A DNA stretch of 64,000 nt. It comes from Oopsacas minuta. Taxonomy: Eukaryota > Animalia > Porifera. Of the stretch, positions 21,821 to 34,900 are shown in pieces. Position 1 is the stretch's first letter; the number at the start of each line of letters is the position of its first letter. The position numbers and the translations under genes are program-made. The stretch lies in contig JAKMXF010000313.1 in the NCBI GenBank assembly GCA_024704765.1, positions 124,001 through 188,000 of the forward strand. The letters run 5' to 3'. The notes under the pieces are model-generated. The model saw only the letters and a list, made by a program, of their open reading frames with translations, searched no databases and had not been told where the DNA came from.

Positions 21821-24800
21821 TAATCGCGTTTAAATAGTATAGATTCGTTACAAAGAAGTAGAGGGGCAGCTCCTGACCTTAATCTCTAATATTATTCATG
21901 CATCTTCGCTCTGGAACTATTATCGCGGTCGATTTTTATGTTTTTCAGCAGACATACAATTTTCATAGTTGTATCTCTCCAGAATAAATACATGGCAGTA
22001 CAAGCCACCGAAAATGTAACAAATCCAGGCTGATTAATTTTCAACTCTCATATTCACAATATCATTCTTTAGCAGCTTCAGTATATAAAGAAATGATTGA
22101 GGCTTGAGACTACTTTAACAGCGGCTATCTGCAAATGGTCAGAGCTCTATTATGCTTGACTAACTATTGGGTCTGCCGCATGATTCTTGGTATTTTATTG
22201 GAATATACTACTCTCACGAAGTCACCATGTAATCTTGACAAATAATACGAATTCACAATTCTGAAAGTTCTCGGCTCATAATCCTTGTTATATCTGAGCT
22301 AGAGATATCTGAAGTGATCTTCAAGTTGATGTAAGTTTTGAATCTATTGTATACTAATGGTATTGAGCTTATTAGTTATATCCAGAGGGGCTGGATCATC
22401 CATAAATCCATAATTCATGGATTTGGAATTACTATCCTGTGGAAAATTGAGTACGGATTGGATTGGATTATGATTTATGATTTGGATCCATCTGCCCTTA
22501 AGGTTATATCCCACACTAGAAATCTGTTTTTCTTACTTTTCCATTTTTTCTTACTCTATTTTCATGCTCAGATTGTAAAAAATGTGAGATTTCAGCCATC
22601 CAGTTTCTTCAAACAATTCCGAATATACAAACATTCGTATACAGTAGTGGAGTGCTCAAAATGAAAGTGGTGGAGCGCCTCTAATAGTAACTTACGATAA
22701 TTGTTGGTGAAACATAAACAAAATTTAACAAAGCTTGTAGTTGTCCACAGTATTTAAATCATATATACTAATTAATACTCAATTTTTTTGTTGTTTTTCC
22801 AAAATTCATTGAGGAACTGGACTCAGCATAGTCGTTGAAAGTATGAATCTATCTATTGGCTGGACTGATTCTACCATAACTTTAGCGATTATTGTGTTAT
22901 AAGTAAATATTGGGTAAACATGTGCCATCCATGGTATCTAAGATAACTCAGTAAGGTGACAGCTTTATATTTACAAAAATTGTATATTTAATGTATGAAC
23001 ATCCTCAGATCACTTGATATTAATTCTGGAATCGAAAACACATTAGTGTTCGTCCAGCAGAGCTTCAAAATTAGGCATTTTTGACAACATATAGCCCTCG
23101 GAACGGAACCAAAGATCACGTCATTTCGAACTGGAAATAGTTGGATTACATTGCTTGTGTTGATTATTATCTTTCATACATTCTTTCGAGCTAAAATGTA
23201 CCAATTTGATATTATCGAGAATAATCAAAATGTAATGCAAATTTAATAAACTTGAAGTAATCCATGATTAAATATTATGAAATGTCTATATACGATGTGC
23301 GTGCTATTTCCCATAATTGCATTTTGCCACACTGTGTACATTCGAGTCCCCAAAACGAACACTCCGAAAAGCGGACAATCTCTCTAAACGGACAGGAATG
23401 AATATACCATACATATAATTATTACTTGTGCTGGCCCCGAATGGTGTTTCTTAATACAAAATTACCTCTCAAGAACGGATAACAAGACTAAATCGAATAA
23501 TTTTCATGGATATCACTATTTTAACAAAATATATATAGTTATACAAGTCTCGTCTCTCTCAAGCCTTTCAACAATTCTTTCATTTTGTCAGTGTAAATTT
23601 TGGGTTCATATAGGTGGTCCAGAGTGGCGGATGGGGAGCATCCCCACCAGGATAATTATACATGATATGGTATCACAGTGGTACATATTGAAATTTATGT
23701 CAATACAAGAGAAATTATTTCAAGATTCGAAGTTACCACAGTACAAAGGGAACTAATTTGGGGGCTAGTAGGACTTGTGGTCGAGGGGTCGATCAGATCT
23801 TCGGTTAGGTTTTGGCGGCGATTGAATAAAGGTATTCAAGTGTACTTCAATAAAGTTATCCTAATGCTGCATACCTATCTATGTATACTTGTATCCAGTA
23901 CAGTGCAACCTCTATAGGCAGAGAGCGGGGCACACTTTAGAGATAATTATGCCTTAGAGTTTAAATGATATGAGCAATATCCATACGAGGGGTACGACCC
24001 GTTTCTTTTCTTCAATGCGAAAAACAATCATGTGAATGTAAGGTAGACTCATTGCCAAAGCAATCTACCTCACATTCACATGATTTTTGTTGTGCGATCC
24101 TGGGTACATTTATGTAGATAGCAGACTTATCTCAGAAACTTACATTAATAACATCGCGCATGATTTAATGGAATTCCATAGATAGATTTGTCAAGTTGAT
24201 TTTCAATGAGAATGCACGTATGCTATAGAGTCCTGTTGCATATATTTCGTAGTAATTTGTATTAACGGATCATGGATGAATACATCCCATATATTTCGGA
24301 GACAACTGTATCAATAAACCATGGATTACCATAGATTTCGGAGACATTTTGTATTATCAAAACATGGATATTTAAACCCTGTAGCATATATTGTAGTTAT
24401 CTATAAAGAGGGAGGTTAATATAACTGGTCTATGCTCGATTTTCACATCCACGAAGTGTTCTCTACTGTATAGTCAAAATCGGGGTTTTTGCCTCGCGAA
24501 ATTCACTGGAAAAAGATAAATAACCCAATTCAATCACATGTGTTGATATTTTAAACAGAAATAATAACACCTTGCAGTTACGTACAGCATGAACGAGAGA
24601 TGGAATATCTGCCAGTGATGCAGAGATAATGGCAGCATCAGCAAATCACAGACAAATATTTATGTAGTCAACAACATTTATTCGAGGCGCACGCGTTACT
24701 CAAAATTTCTAAGTTGTATTTAGTTAGGATTTTGGAGACTGGTATTAGTCGGAATGCTTTTTCGGTGAGTTGGCGTTAGTCAGAAGGAGTAGCCTAATTC

Positions 24801-25530
24801 TGACCCCAAGTTACATCAGAAAGTGATTGAAAATGTGTGGTGTTGGAATTCCTTGAAATCTTCATTGTTTCGTGTCAAAACTTAAATAGGCATGAAGACA
24901 TTGGACAGCGCTTTCCGCGGCAATCGCGTTCATTTCCGCTGCACTCCAATACTCGCTACGTTTGTTTGCGCGTTTAATAATTATGGAAAAAATGGGGATT
25001 AAGGGCATTGACCAAAACTCTTGTCTACCAATGCTAACGTCTGATTTTTGGGATTTCAGAGAAAATTGTCCCAAAATCATACTGACCTACGCCAACAGCC
25101 TAAAAAAGCATTTTGACATTTTACACCCCCTCAAGCTTGGAGGGCCATAGGTATAAATCTCCGGTTTTGTAAATATGGGTAGTTACTTCAATTGCTTTCA
25201 GATCAACTTTTTATGGTCTTCTTCGTGTTCAGCATCAATTTTCCGGCAGTTTGATATATATTTTGACCCTATTTGGAGGGATTTTTTCCCTAGCAAAGCA
25301 AATTTTCCTCAGGAATGTGACAACATTCCATTCTCTAATTATATCCGAACCCCATTGAGTCACCCCCTGTTCGATGCCTCTAAGCTAACTCAGCTAGTTA
25401 AACACATATTTACCTATAAACAGTCTTTTAACACGAATTTCCATAATCGGTCCCTGCGGCCCACAGTTTTATTATTCATCTTCACAAATTTTTGAATTAT
25501 ATATTCAGAAATTTATACTAAATTATTGAG

Positions 25531-26220
25531 GATAATTGTACATTTGCATAGTCTAGTACAGGGCTGGGTATACTACGGCCCGCCTGGCTTAAGTTATTTG
25601 AGTACTCTAATTATTTGATCACTGTCTTACTCTTCCTTACGCATTCGGAAATTTCGTCCCATGGAAAATTTGGTTAAGTAATCTAGGAGATGTATAAATT
25701 GACACAAAGTGAACTTTCCGCGATACCTTCCTGACCTATTAATGAATTCGTTTTTAGTTTTTATTACTAGTACTGTATCTTGGTACGGCTTCGAAAATTT
25801 CAAGAATCAGCTGCATTGCTCTCATGAAACAATATTAGTTAATTATTATGTTTAATTATTGTTTCATTTACAATTAGCTAGCAGAGTTTCTATAAAAAAA
25901 ATTAGAACACGGAACGTAATCGTAGGTCAATACGGCCCGCATAAAATTTGGAATTAGAATGCTGCCCTCGCAGAAAAAGTTTGTTCACCCCTGGTCTAGT
26001 ACCTACGCCTTGTGGTAAATTATTGAAAGTTCGCTCGTTTCTATAGAGATACATCATATTCTATTAACTGGGAACGCAGTAAATTAGGGCAAACGAGGAT
26101 GGTAATAGTTTAACACTGTTCAAAGTTACTGCGAAATCTTCTCAGTTGTTGGAATATGAGCGAACTTTCAATAATTTACAACAAGGCGTAGGTACTAGAC
26201 TATGCAAATTTACAATTGTC
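25531..26220. mobile_element. Long-TIR (63 bp) MITE whose left TIR is split by a hAT insertion
   Basis: 25531-25558 joined to 26002-26036 is the reverse complement of 26158-26220 (3 mismatches). Confidence 0.85.
25559..25993. mobile_element. hAT (Charlie-like) MITE, 435 bp
   Basis: Perfect 8-bp TSD GTCTAGTA (25551-25558 and 25994-26001). Imperfect TIRs CAGGGCTGGGTATACT / CAGGGGTGAACAAACT. Confidence 0.88.
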
Positions 26221-26404
26221 TATGTGTAAATTTTACCGTTTACCACGATCTACACTGTATGATATATTATAGCATTTATTGTTCTATTATTCCCAAAAAA
26301 ACTGACGATTTCTGAATGTATCATTAAAACTATTGGGCTGCAGGGAGCATCATGAAAATTCGTGTTAAAAGACCGTTAAGAGGGTCAATATGTGTTTAAC
26401 TAGA

Positions 26405-27010
26405 CTCAGTTAGCTTAGCGGCGTTGAAATAATGGGTCGCTCGATGGGTTTCGGACATGAGAATACAATGTTGTCACATTCCTGAGGAGTTTTGCGTTAC
26501 TAGGGAAAAACACTTCGGAATATGCTCAATATATATATTAAACTGCTGGAAAAATGATACTGAGCACGATTATAACAATCAAAAATTGATCTGAAAGATA
26601 TTGAATTAGCTAGCCTACATCTAAAAGACAGGTGATTTCTATTGGGCACCAAGTTTAAGCCCCTAGAATTTTCAACTTCTGGGGATCCTATCAAGTGCCT
26701 CCACATCTATATCGATTCAGCATTCCTTAAAACCTGTGTATACCAATTTTCATACTTTATGCCAGAGGTGAACATATTAGCTGACTTTTGTCACATACCC
26801 GCCCCACTAAAAGTGAACATAATTCAATATATATCTTGACTAAAATATCGAAAGACAATATAGAAGGTCGACATTTGTATAATTAGACTCACCTAGCCTA
26901 CTGGCGTCGAACAAGGGGTCACTCGATAGGGTTGAGGCATATTTAGCAAATGGAATGTTGTCACATTCCTAAGGAAAATTTCAGTTCCTAGGGACAATAT
27001 TTATATCAAA
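26405..27010 (+). repeat. Two diverged copies of the repeat family forming the inner part of the 12-14 kb inverted repeat
   Basis: CGTCGAACAAGGGGTCACTCGATAG...AATGGAATGTTGTCACATTCCTAAG (~26905-26975) and a similar unit at ~26420-26490 match 13425-13495. Confidence 0.65.
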
Positions 27011-27505
27011 CTTCCGGAAATTTGATGCTGAACATGAATAAACCATAAATAGTTAATCTGAAAGCAATTGAATTAGATATCCCATATTTACAAATCCAGC
27101 GTTTTAATCCTATGACGCCCAAGTTTGAGGGGTGTAAAAATTTTCCTCGCAATTTTGGGCTTGCACCTTTTTCTATGTTAATTGGGATTTCCTGTGTTGA
27201 AATTGTTTGCTAACAAAGTTTTTCAAGGTTGACATATAATTTGAGCTAAAATTCCTGTGAACAATTGATTGAAACATTTAAAAATTGTTGTAATATATTG
27301 CCCTACGGCCAATGTCGCTCCGTAGCCTGAATATTTAGCAATTGTTTATCTAATAAAGATATTAAATTAAATATTTTTTGAGTCTATATATCCTGGGGAT
27401 TTCCTTAACATATTTCAGAGCGAAACAATTCTGCCAAAATGAGGATTGCCAATTTTCCACACCACTCAAAATGTACTTAATCTGTTTGATTTGGACTCAC
27501 TTATA

Positions 27506-27701
27506 CAGCAAACTCTCATCATAACGAAGTGCTCAGGACTCTGGTTTTATTTCGTTTTAAGCTGAGTAAAATCAATAACTTTCAAGCTATAGAGGGCAGA
27601 GAATCACTTCGTTATAATGGCCGGTGCGAGTTTCTTTATACCCGACTTGTTTATAATGGGAGTTTCCTTAAATCCGACTTGGTTTTAACCTGAGTTCACT
27701 G
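27506..27701. mobile_element. TA-flanked Tc1/pogo-type MITE
   Basis: TA|CAGCAAACTC...GAGTTCACTG|TA (8/10 TIR match), internal repeated (C/T)GTTATAATGG units. Confidence 0.65.
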
Positions 27702-28177
27702 TACTAACTCTGACTCAATCTATGGTAACTGTGCTTGAATCATGATGTACAAATCTGCGGTAGTATAAAAAGGTTGAGAAACACTTGCTCATAGTATTTA
27801 TTTGGGAAGTTGTTACGATGTTTCCTACTGCTTTTAATCTATTATCACCTTCTCTCGTATATTCATCTTTATGAGTGTTCGTCAGTTTGTATAAATTATC
27901 TATTGATTCACTTGCTTCCTAAGAAGCTAGCTACTTGTGATTTGATTACAGTCTAATACTCTATTGTCCGTATTTTCCGTTATAGATTATGGTTAGACTC
28001 TTGATTAGTGTGATGGTACTGCTATTATTTCATCGGAAATAATTGCCCATAGGATTCCAATTTGGTTCCAATTCTTAACAACTTTGATGTTAACTTCCGT
28101 CTCGATCAAGTATATAAATCATGTGGCCTCTCTAGAAAGAAATTATACTTCTGTGCTCTATTAAACTTTATTGTATT

Positions 28178-29341
28178 ATGACTCATACGTTTTTCCTTCT
28201 TTCTACTATATTTTTCTTGATTTCAGTCTGTTTCATTTTGCAATTATTCATTTCCCACTACCTATTTATTACCACATCCCAACCACTCTCTAATGCTGTT
28301 GATCACAATTCTTCTCTCTCTTCTACCATGAACGCTTCACAATCACAACTACTAACATTTGATCCTGTCATACAATCACTTACAACAATTCCTAAACCCA
28401 ATGAAGATCTGAATATATTCGCGTTACCAGTTGGAAACGGTGATTGTACAATCGTCCAGTGTCCGAGTGGTGAGCTCATAATTATAGACGCAGGCAATAC
28501 CGGAGGAGAGGGCTGGATGGAAGCTATGATCGCTACATTCTTGAAACCTCAGCTGTCTAAAATAACCACACTCATGATAATGCATGCAGATAGGGATCAT
28601 TTTAGTTACATACCTGAACTTTTCACACTTAACGATGTTCCTAACTTAGAGAGGATAATCCTTGGTGGAAGAAAGGATGACTACACTTCTCCTCCATTTC
28701 GAAAGTGGCTTAACATGCACGCAGAGGTTGTTGAGTATATTAACAATGGAGAGCCTTGTATTGGGAAATGTAACAATGATCCTCCGCAGTGTAACGGTGG
28801 GAAAGACGGAGTTCAGTTCAGATACTTAGGAGCGAACCTTGGTAATTCTGTTGATGGTAGAAGTATTATGATGCAGATTGTAGCAGGTCCGAATTTCCAA
28901 ATGTTGCTTCCAGGAGATTTCCTAGGGTCTGATATAGAAGAGCTGCTAGTAAACGAGTGGGAGAGGAGGGGCCAGCCCCTCAGATCTACGCACTTGAAAA
29001 TGTCACACCATGGCAACTCTATACGAGCGAATAGTAAGGTGTTTCTATCAGCTGTTGCGCCTGCATTCGCATTCGCAAGTGCGAGTTACCCAGCACCTCC
29101 CGAATGGTATCCATCATGTGAATCCATTAAAACCTTACTAAACGTAGGGTCTATTCAGCTCAGGAGGGTACCAGGCCGTTTCTCATGTGGCGACGAAGCA
29201 GACAGAAAGGCAATTCAGTATGAGAATTGGCCCTACTCTATCTACACTCTTTCTCCCAATATAGGAGATTATGAAATGGTTACTATTAATGTGCCGATGC
29301 CTCCCAGGCCTCACACTAATGATTCTTATATTTTACAATAA
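28178..29341 (+). CDS. ComEC/CbpE-like metallo-beta-lactamase-fold hydrolase with N-terminal membrane anchor (387 aa, intronless)
   Basis: Motifs ALPVGNGDCTIV, IIIDAG, MHADRDH (HxDxDH), LLPGD and LKMSHHGNS follow the ComEC-like MBL order. Residues 5-30 are hydrophobic. Confidence 0.88.
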   Translation: MTHTFFLLSTIFFLISVCFILQLFISHYLFITTSQPLSNAVDHNSSLSSTMNASQSQLLTFDPVIQSLTTIPKPNEDLNIFALPVGNGDCTIVQCPSGELIIIDAGNTGGEGWMEAMIATFLKPQLSKITTLMIMHADRDHFSYIPELFTLNDVPNLERIILGGRKDDYTSPPFRKWLNMHAEVVEYINNGEPCIGKCNNDPPQCNGGKDGVQFRYLGANLGNSVDGRSIMMQIVAGPNFQMLLPGDFLGSDIEELLVNEWERRGQPLRSTHLKMSHHGNSIRANSKVFLSAVAPAFAFASASYPAPPEWYPSCESIKTLLNVGSIQLRRVPGRFSCGDEADRKAIQYENWPYSIYTLSPNIGDYEMVTINVPMPPRPHTNDSYILQ

Positions 29342-29690
29342 TTTTATGTGCTTTATAATGCTGCTTACTATTATCCCATGTCAATATTTAAGCCTTATCC
29401 CAGATCTTGAATTTACATACTAAACAACTACACATATACTATTATATTACTGTGGTTTTCAACAGCTATTCCCCCAAAAATGATACATAATTTACAGAGC
29501 ATTAAAGGAGCCCGCTCCTATGATGATCCAGGAGCGGAAGGTGGAGAAGCGCTCCATTGTAATTGCAAACAATTTACAAATTTCTTCGTTATTCTGCATA
29601 AAATTCAGTATTCTTGCTATAAAAAGTGGATGCTGGGACACTTTAGTATAATTCAGAATTCATTGAAATGGTTTGACGTTGCACAAATAG

Positions 29691-30164
29691 CAGTGGTGTA
29701 TCCAGGGGAAGGGGTCTGGGTGTTCAAACACCCCCTCATAACTGGTTTCCCAAAGGGGTATGTTGTTATTTATTATTCGATTTTCCTTAATAACCGCAAA
29801 GCTTTTTGGAATCTTATTTACAGAATGCTATCTAATTATCACAATTATTTTTTCAACGAGTTTCCCAGACGATATCCCAGAAGACTCCAGATGACTAATA
29901 TACTAGCAGACTAAATATGTATTCACTAAATAGTATAAATATAATTATGTAGCAAAATTATCAAGTTATCTAAACATAAACATCTATACAACTTTGGTAC
30001 AACTGCACACTATTATAATCTTCCTACTATGTGACAAGAATAGCTGTACATCGATGTTTGAGCTTCTAAGATTGAAAAGATTTCTGGGGCTTACCCCCTA
30101 GTCCCCCCCTTACTGTCGCTCGCTCCAGAGCACCCCCCTCACGATAATCCCAGATAAGCCACTG
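29691..30164. mobile_element. CAGTGG-ended MITE
   Basis: Ends CAGTGGTGTATCCAGGG / reverse complement CAGTGGCTTATCTGGGA. AATAG lies on both flanks (29686-29690 and 30165-30169). Confidence 0.55.
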
Positions 30165-30829
30165 AATAGCAATTTCTCGAATGTACAACGGTTAAATTCC
30201 ATCCTGATTACTTAAAATATACATCTAATGTAATTCTGAAAGAATAAAATGAGCGCGATTAGAGCCCGCTCCATTTCTTACCACGGCAGTCGGAGTGAAC
30301 TCCTTTTCTTAGTAAGGAGCGGAGGTGGGAGCACTCAGCGAGAACCCACTCCACAAAATGAGGTGTGCTTAATACTCTGAAAAATTTATATTTTGTACCT
30401 AGAAGTCTGTTCAGTCTGTTCAGTACACAGCAAATTGAAAAATGGATACTGGTTATAAGACACCTCATGCTTTGTGGTAGCAAAATATATATTGTTATTA
30501 ACCAGTATAAGGTATATGAACAGTTGAACACTCTTTCAGAAGTGGTATATCCAGGTGTTTATTTATTTATTCTGAAATCACAACCTAGATTATTCATATT
30601 AGTTCTCCGTAGCCTATCCTCAGCCAAAACTGTAATCTGAAACTTTCAAGATAGAAAGACAATTACCGTCGGGTTTGTGGATATTGCTTCAAAAGTGGGT
30701 CTGCCACAATCATCCACTTTTGTGCCACTTTATATTTTTTCCATAGAGATTGTATTAGTTTTTTTATGATCTTTTGAATACTAGGAGCGAACTCACAAGA
30801 ATAGTAGCAAAATAGGTTCTTAGATCAGA

Positions 30830-31318
30830 ATTAAATTTATTTAAAGTGGCACTAGTAATTGGAGGCACTATATATTTAGATGCTATATTTGAACGATTTC
30901 GCAAAGAATGTTCCGCCTACGAATTTAATTAACAAAAAATAACCCTTCTATCATTATTGCATTTTCGAGAGATTCGAGTCATTTGCGTCAAGTTTTAGTT
31001 AACAAAATTAAGCCTAGGGTCCACCATGGGAAATAGATCTAGTGTAAATTTCTCATAAATCTAGTCCCCGCCTCAAAGCCTGGATTATCCACACCCTTAG
31101 GTACCCAAACTTTGCACCTATAATTCGATTAATACTTTGTAACTTTACACATTGTAATCCATATTCGCTCAAATCAAATGGGAATAGAGCAAATGAGTTT
31201 CGCTCAAGTGCGGACCAATCCTATGTCTACTTGTATTGGGGTTTTACATTTATTATTTTATAGTGCCTCCAATTACTAGTGCCACTTTAAACAATTTAAT
31301 ATACTAAGCTGTCGGTAC
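30830..31318. mobile_element. Inverted-repeat MITE (same family as 51088-51232)
   Basis: ATTAAATTT..TTTAAAGTGGCACTAGTAATTGGAGGCACTATA at 30830-30872 is inverted at 31259-31300. Right end CTAAGCTGTCGG is shared with the 51 kb copy. Confidence 0.7.
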
Positions 31319-31727
31319 GGATTGTATTTAGATTTTTGTGATACTTCAAACGCACATGCCAATATCTAAAAGTTTATTCACATGATCTTCTATGTATTAC
31401 TAACCATATAACTATGAGTTAACATGAAAGCATTCCATAGTGAAATAATGTTATTCAAAACCATAATTATCTAATCTAACACATTATGATATTATGTGTG
31501 TTCCAGCCACTCAGCCATGTGGTATCTAGTTACATTGACCTAATTGCTTAATCAAATGCAGTAATGTTAAGGGAAACAGTACACTTGTATAATCTTTCAC
31601 TTTCAATTAACTTATATTATGAGTTCATTGTTTTCTTTGAGATAACATGTCGTATATATATAAGGTAATGCTTATCTAAGGAGAAAAACTTTCAGTATCA
31701 GTTTCATTACTCTCTTACCTTTATATA

Positions 31728-31934
31728 ATGTCAAACTGTTCCAGTGAAGATGAAGAAAATACGCTATTCTATCAGGTTAATGAACTGATCCAATACTGTG
31801 CGGATGGAAAATTAGACATTATTCCCCTCTATATTAATCCAAAAACAGTTAACTGTGTGGACAATGAAGGTAGAACTCCGCTCTACGCTGCAGCATGCTC
31901 GGGCAATGTTGAGTTATGCAGTTTTCTATTATCA
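31728..31934 (+). CDS. Ankyrin-pseudokinase gene, exon 1 (ankyrin repeat)
   Basis: VDNEGRTPLYAAACSGNVELCSFLLS, followed by donor GTGAGT at 31935 (phase 0). Confidence 0.9.
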
Positions 31935-34900
31935 GTGAGTTTAATATCTATATTATTAAATTGCTAATTTTGTCTGTCTCTCTGTCTGTTTGTCCGTTGT
32001 CTAGGAAAGGATTTATAGAATTTTGTATTGAATTCGAATTTATCAATTCTAAGATGTTGCATAACTACTTATTTATCGTGTTTATTATCAACAAAGTTAA
32101 CATAATTCAATAAAACTTTACTAAATATGTCAATAATGCTTGATCAGAATTTCATACTTTCAATAAATTATTTGTTGTTCTTAGTAAACAAATAGTTGAA
32201 ATCTTAATTTATCAATTCAATTTTGCAATTATTTACTTTGCTAATTCGATCCACGAAGTGCCGAGCCCCATGCAAACACAAAGTGTTCGCAAGCGAAGCG
32301 ACTCTTATATATGTATTATTGTAGTACATATAAAATCCCCAAATATTGTAGTGCCTACAGAGGGGCCGGAAGGATTATGGATAATGGATTTAATGGATTT
32401 CAAATCCATTAAATACATAAATACATACATTTGGGATGAATTTGGATTCTTTGAAGTCGAATGAATCCATCAGATCCATCAAATTTATGAATTTCATGGA
32501 TTTTTCATAAATTTGATTTTAATATTCGATTCCAAATGGATTGGATTTAGATTATATTTGTGTGGGGAATGGATTGCAGATTGGATTTGGATTATGATTT
32601 GTATCCATTCAGCACCTCAGAGTTCATATATTCCAAAATTTGACCAATATGTCCAGCCGACAGACTGGGAGTGCAGTTCGGGTCATTAATTCTACCTAAT
32701 AAACCTTTTTTACTCGTTGGAGCGAAGGGATTAATTCCTTTGAGTCAAGGGCGGCGGAAGGGGGCTAGGGGGCTATAGCCCCCTACTTTTGACTCATCGA
32801 ATATATATGTGCCGATATATTTCGTTCTCCTTTTTGAAGGTGGACATAGTACACAGGTTAGCCCCCCTAGTTTTCGTTAGCTTCCGCGCTACTGCTTTGA
32901 GTCAGGAGACCCAAAAGAGTAGATATACAGTGGACGTCGATTATAAGAACACCCTTGGGTGTAGCAAGTACTAACAATACATGTTCTTATAATATGTTCA
33001 TACAACAGCCGTAAATATACAAGAATATGTGAGAACCGTTTTCCTGAAAATGGCTCTTATTTCTGTTATGTTCTTATAACCTGCGTCCACTGTATAATTA
33101 ATTACATGAAAATCATGTAGGTATTATATTGTAGGTCAAAATTAGAGTTTATATGCTCGATAAATCTTGACCACAGCATTCTACGCACTAAAGCGTTGGT
33201 GTTCGCTGATAATTTTAAGCAGATGGTTCATAGTTTCAGACTTTGTTAGGCAGGTCAGAAGTGTACCTCGGGGCCCATTTTCCACCTTAATACCCATATT
33301 TATCCACCTCTAATTACTCTTAGATCATAGGATAAATGTGTTTACGTATATTCAAACTTTAGAATCATTTTATACATTGTCACATTACTCAAGCATTATT
33401 TGCTAGCAGATGCTAGTATAGACATGAGTATACAGATATTTCAATTAATCAGAATTTATTTTCTCATCATTTCTTATTTAATTAGTCCAACGCAGACGCT
33501 AACCAACAGACTGGACATGATTTCTACCCGATCCATGGAGCTTCTTCTCATGGACACGATAATGTGCTAAACCTACTGTTGAAGCACACTACTGGGATTA
33601 ACGTACAAGATTCTAATGGTGATACAGCATTGCATCTAGCTTGTTGCAGAGGTAACGAAGAATGTGTGAATATTTTGTTAGATGCAGGATCTGCCCTCGA
33701 TATAAAAAATAATCTTGACAAGACTCCTGCAATGGAAGCTGCCAGTAATTCTCATTTTAACATAATGCAAGTTCTCAAAGACTTCGGGAATTCTAAAGGT
33801 ATATCTCTAGAAATATTTTCTAAAATTTCTACGTATATGCAAATTTTGAAATGAGTAACCTCTTCTACTCTCTATCAAAACCCAAATTACACATTACTGT
33901 TAAAATATCTTAAAATAGTTATCAGCTGTTTGAGTTCAAACATTCGTGAATAATAAACTCCAGGCAATGACTTGATTAATATATCTATCTTATTTATTCT
34001 CAATTGTTGTCTGTTTATTTGTTTGTTCGTTGTCATGGAATGGAAATATAGTATGCGATTAGAATTCGAGGATCGTAATTCGGAGATGTGCGTATGATTA
34101 TGGATATTCGAGGTCGCAACTTGGCTAGTTTTCGGTCCGAACCCAAAAAGGCGACCTCCAATAATACGTATATCGTGTTTATCAAGGAATTTAATTGAAT
34201 TCAATAAAACCAAATATATCTGATTTTTTGGAATAATCGTACCGTGACCTTATGTAAATGCAATACGGCTGAAAACAAATATTCGAATATTAGTTCGTAT
34301 TGATGACTATGAAATTTAGGATGGAATGTTTTCAGAATCATCATGACTCAATTAGACAATCTATATTATTCAATCTCAATTGTTGTCTGTGTGTTTGTTT
34401 GTCCGTTGTCAAGGAAAGGATTTACGGTATGCAATTGTAAAATTGTCGCATAACTATGTATTTATCGTGTTTATCAAGGAAGTAAAAAGAATTCAATAAA
34501 ACTTCACTAAACATATCGAACATACTGAATCCGATTTTCACACTTTTGGATTAATCATATTTAAATAGATTGTTCTTTCTATGAATATAAATTAATCAAA
34601 TAGCAAAATCTCGAAAATTACGTAGATACTTGCTCTCAACGGCTACAAAGGGAGTTGACAAAACACTTCAATAATAAATGTGCCATATACGTATATTTGT
34701 GAATTACATTGTTCTAAATATATATTTGTATAATACTCAAAGGGGCCGTCAATTTGGAGAATAATGGATACCTCGAGGCGCAATGTGCCGAGTTCATTGC
34801 GAAGCGACGGGCCAAATACTCGTTTATAGAATATTATCAGTATAACTATTAACTAATAAATAATATCTTACATAAGATATTACTACTAAATGATATTTGT

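Noticed and set aside
21890-22340. Splice-like sites and protein-like minus-strand frame
   Set aside because: Frequent stops in all frames, no phase-consistent model and no motif.
29480-29914. 144-aa ORF
   Set aside because: It runs across a MITE boundary (29691) and has a low-information AT-driven composition.
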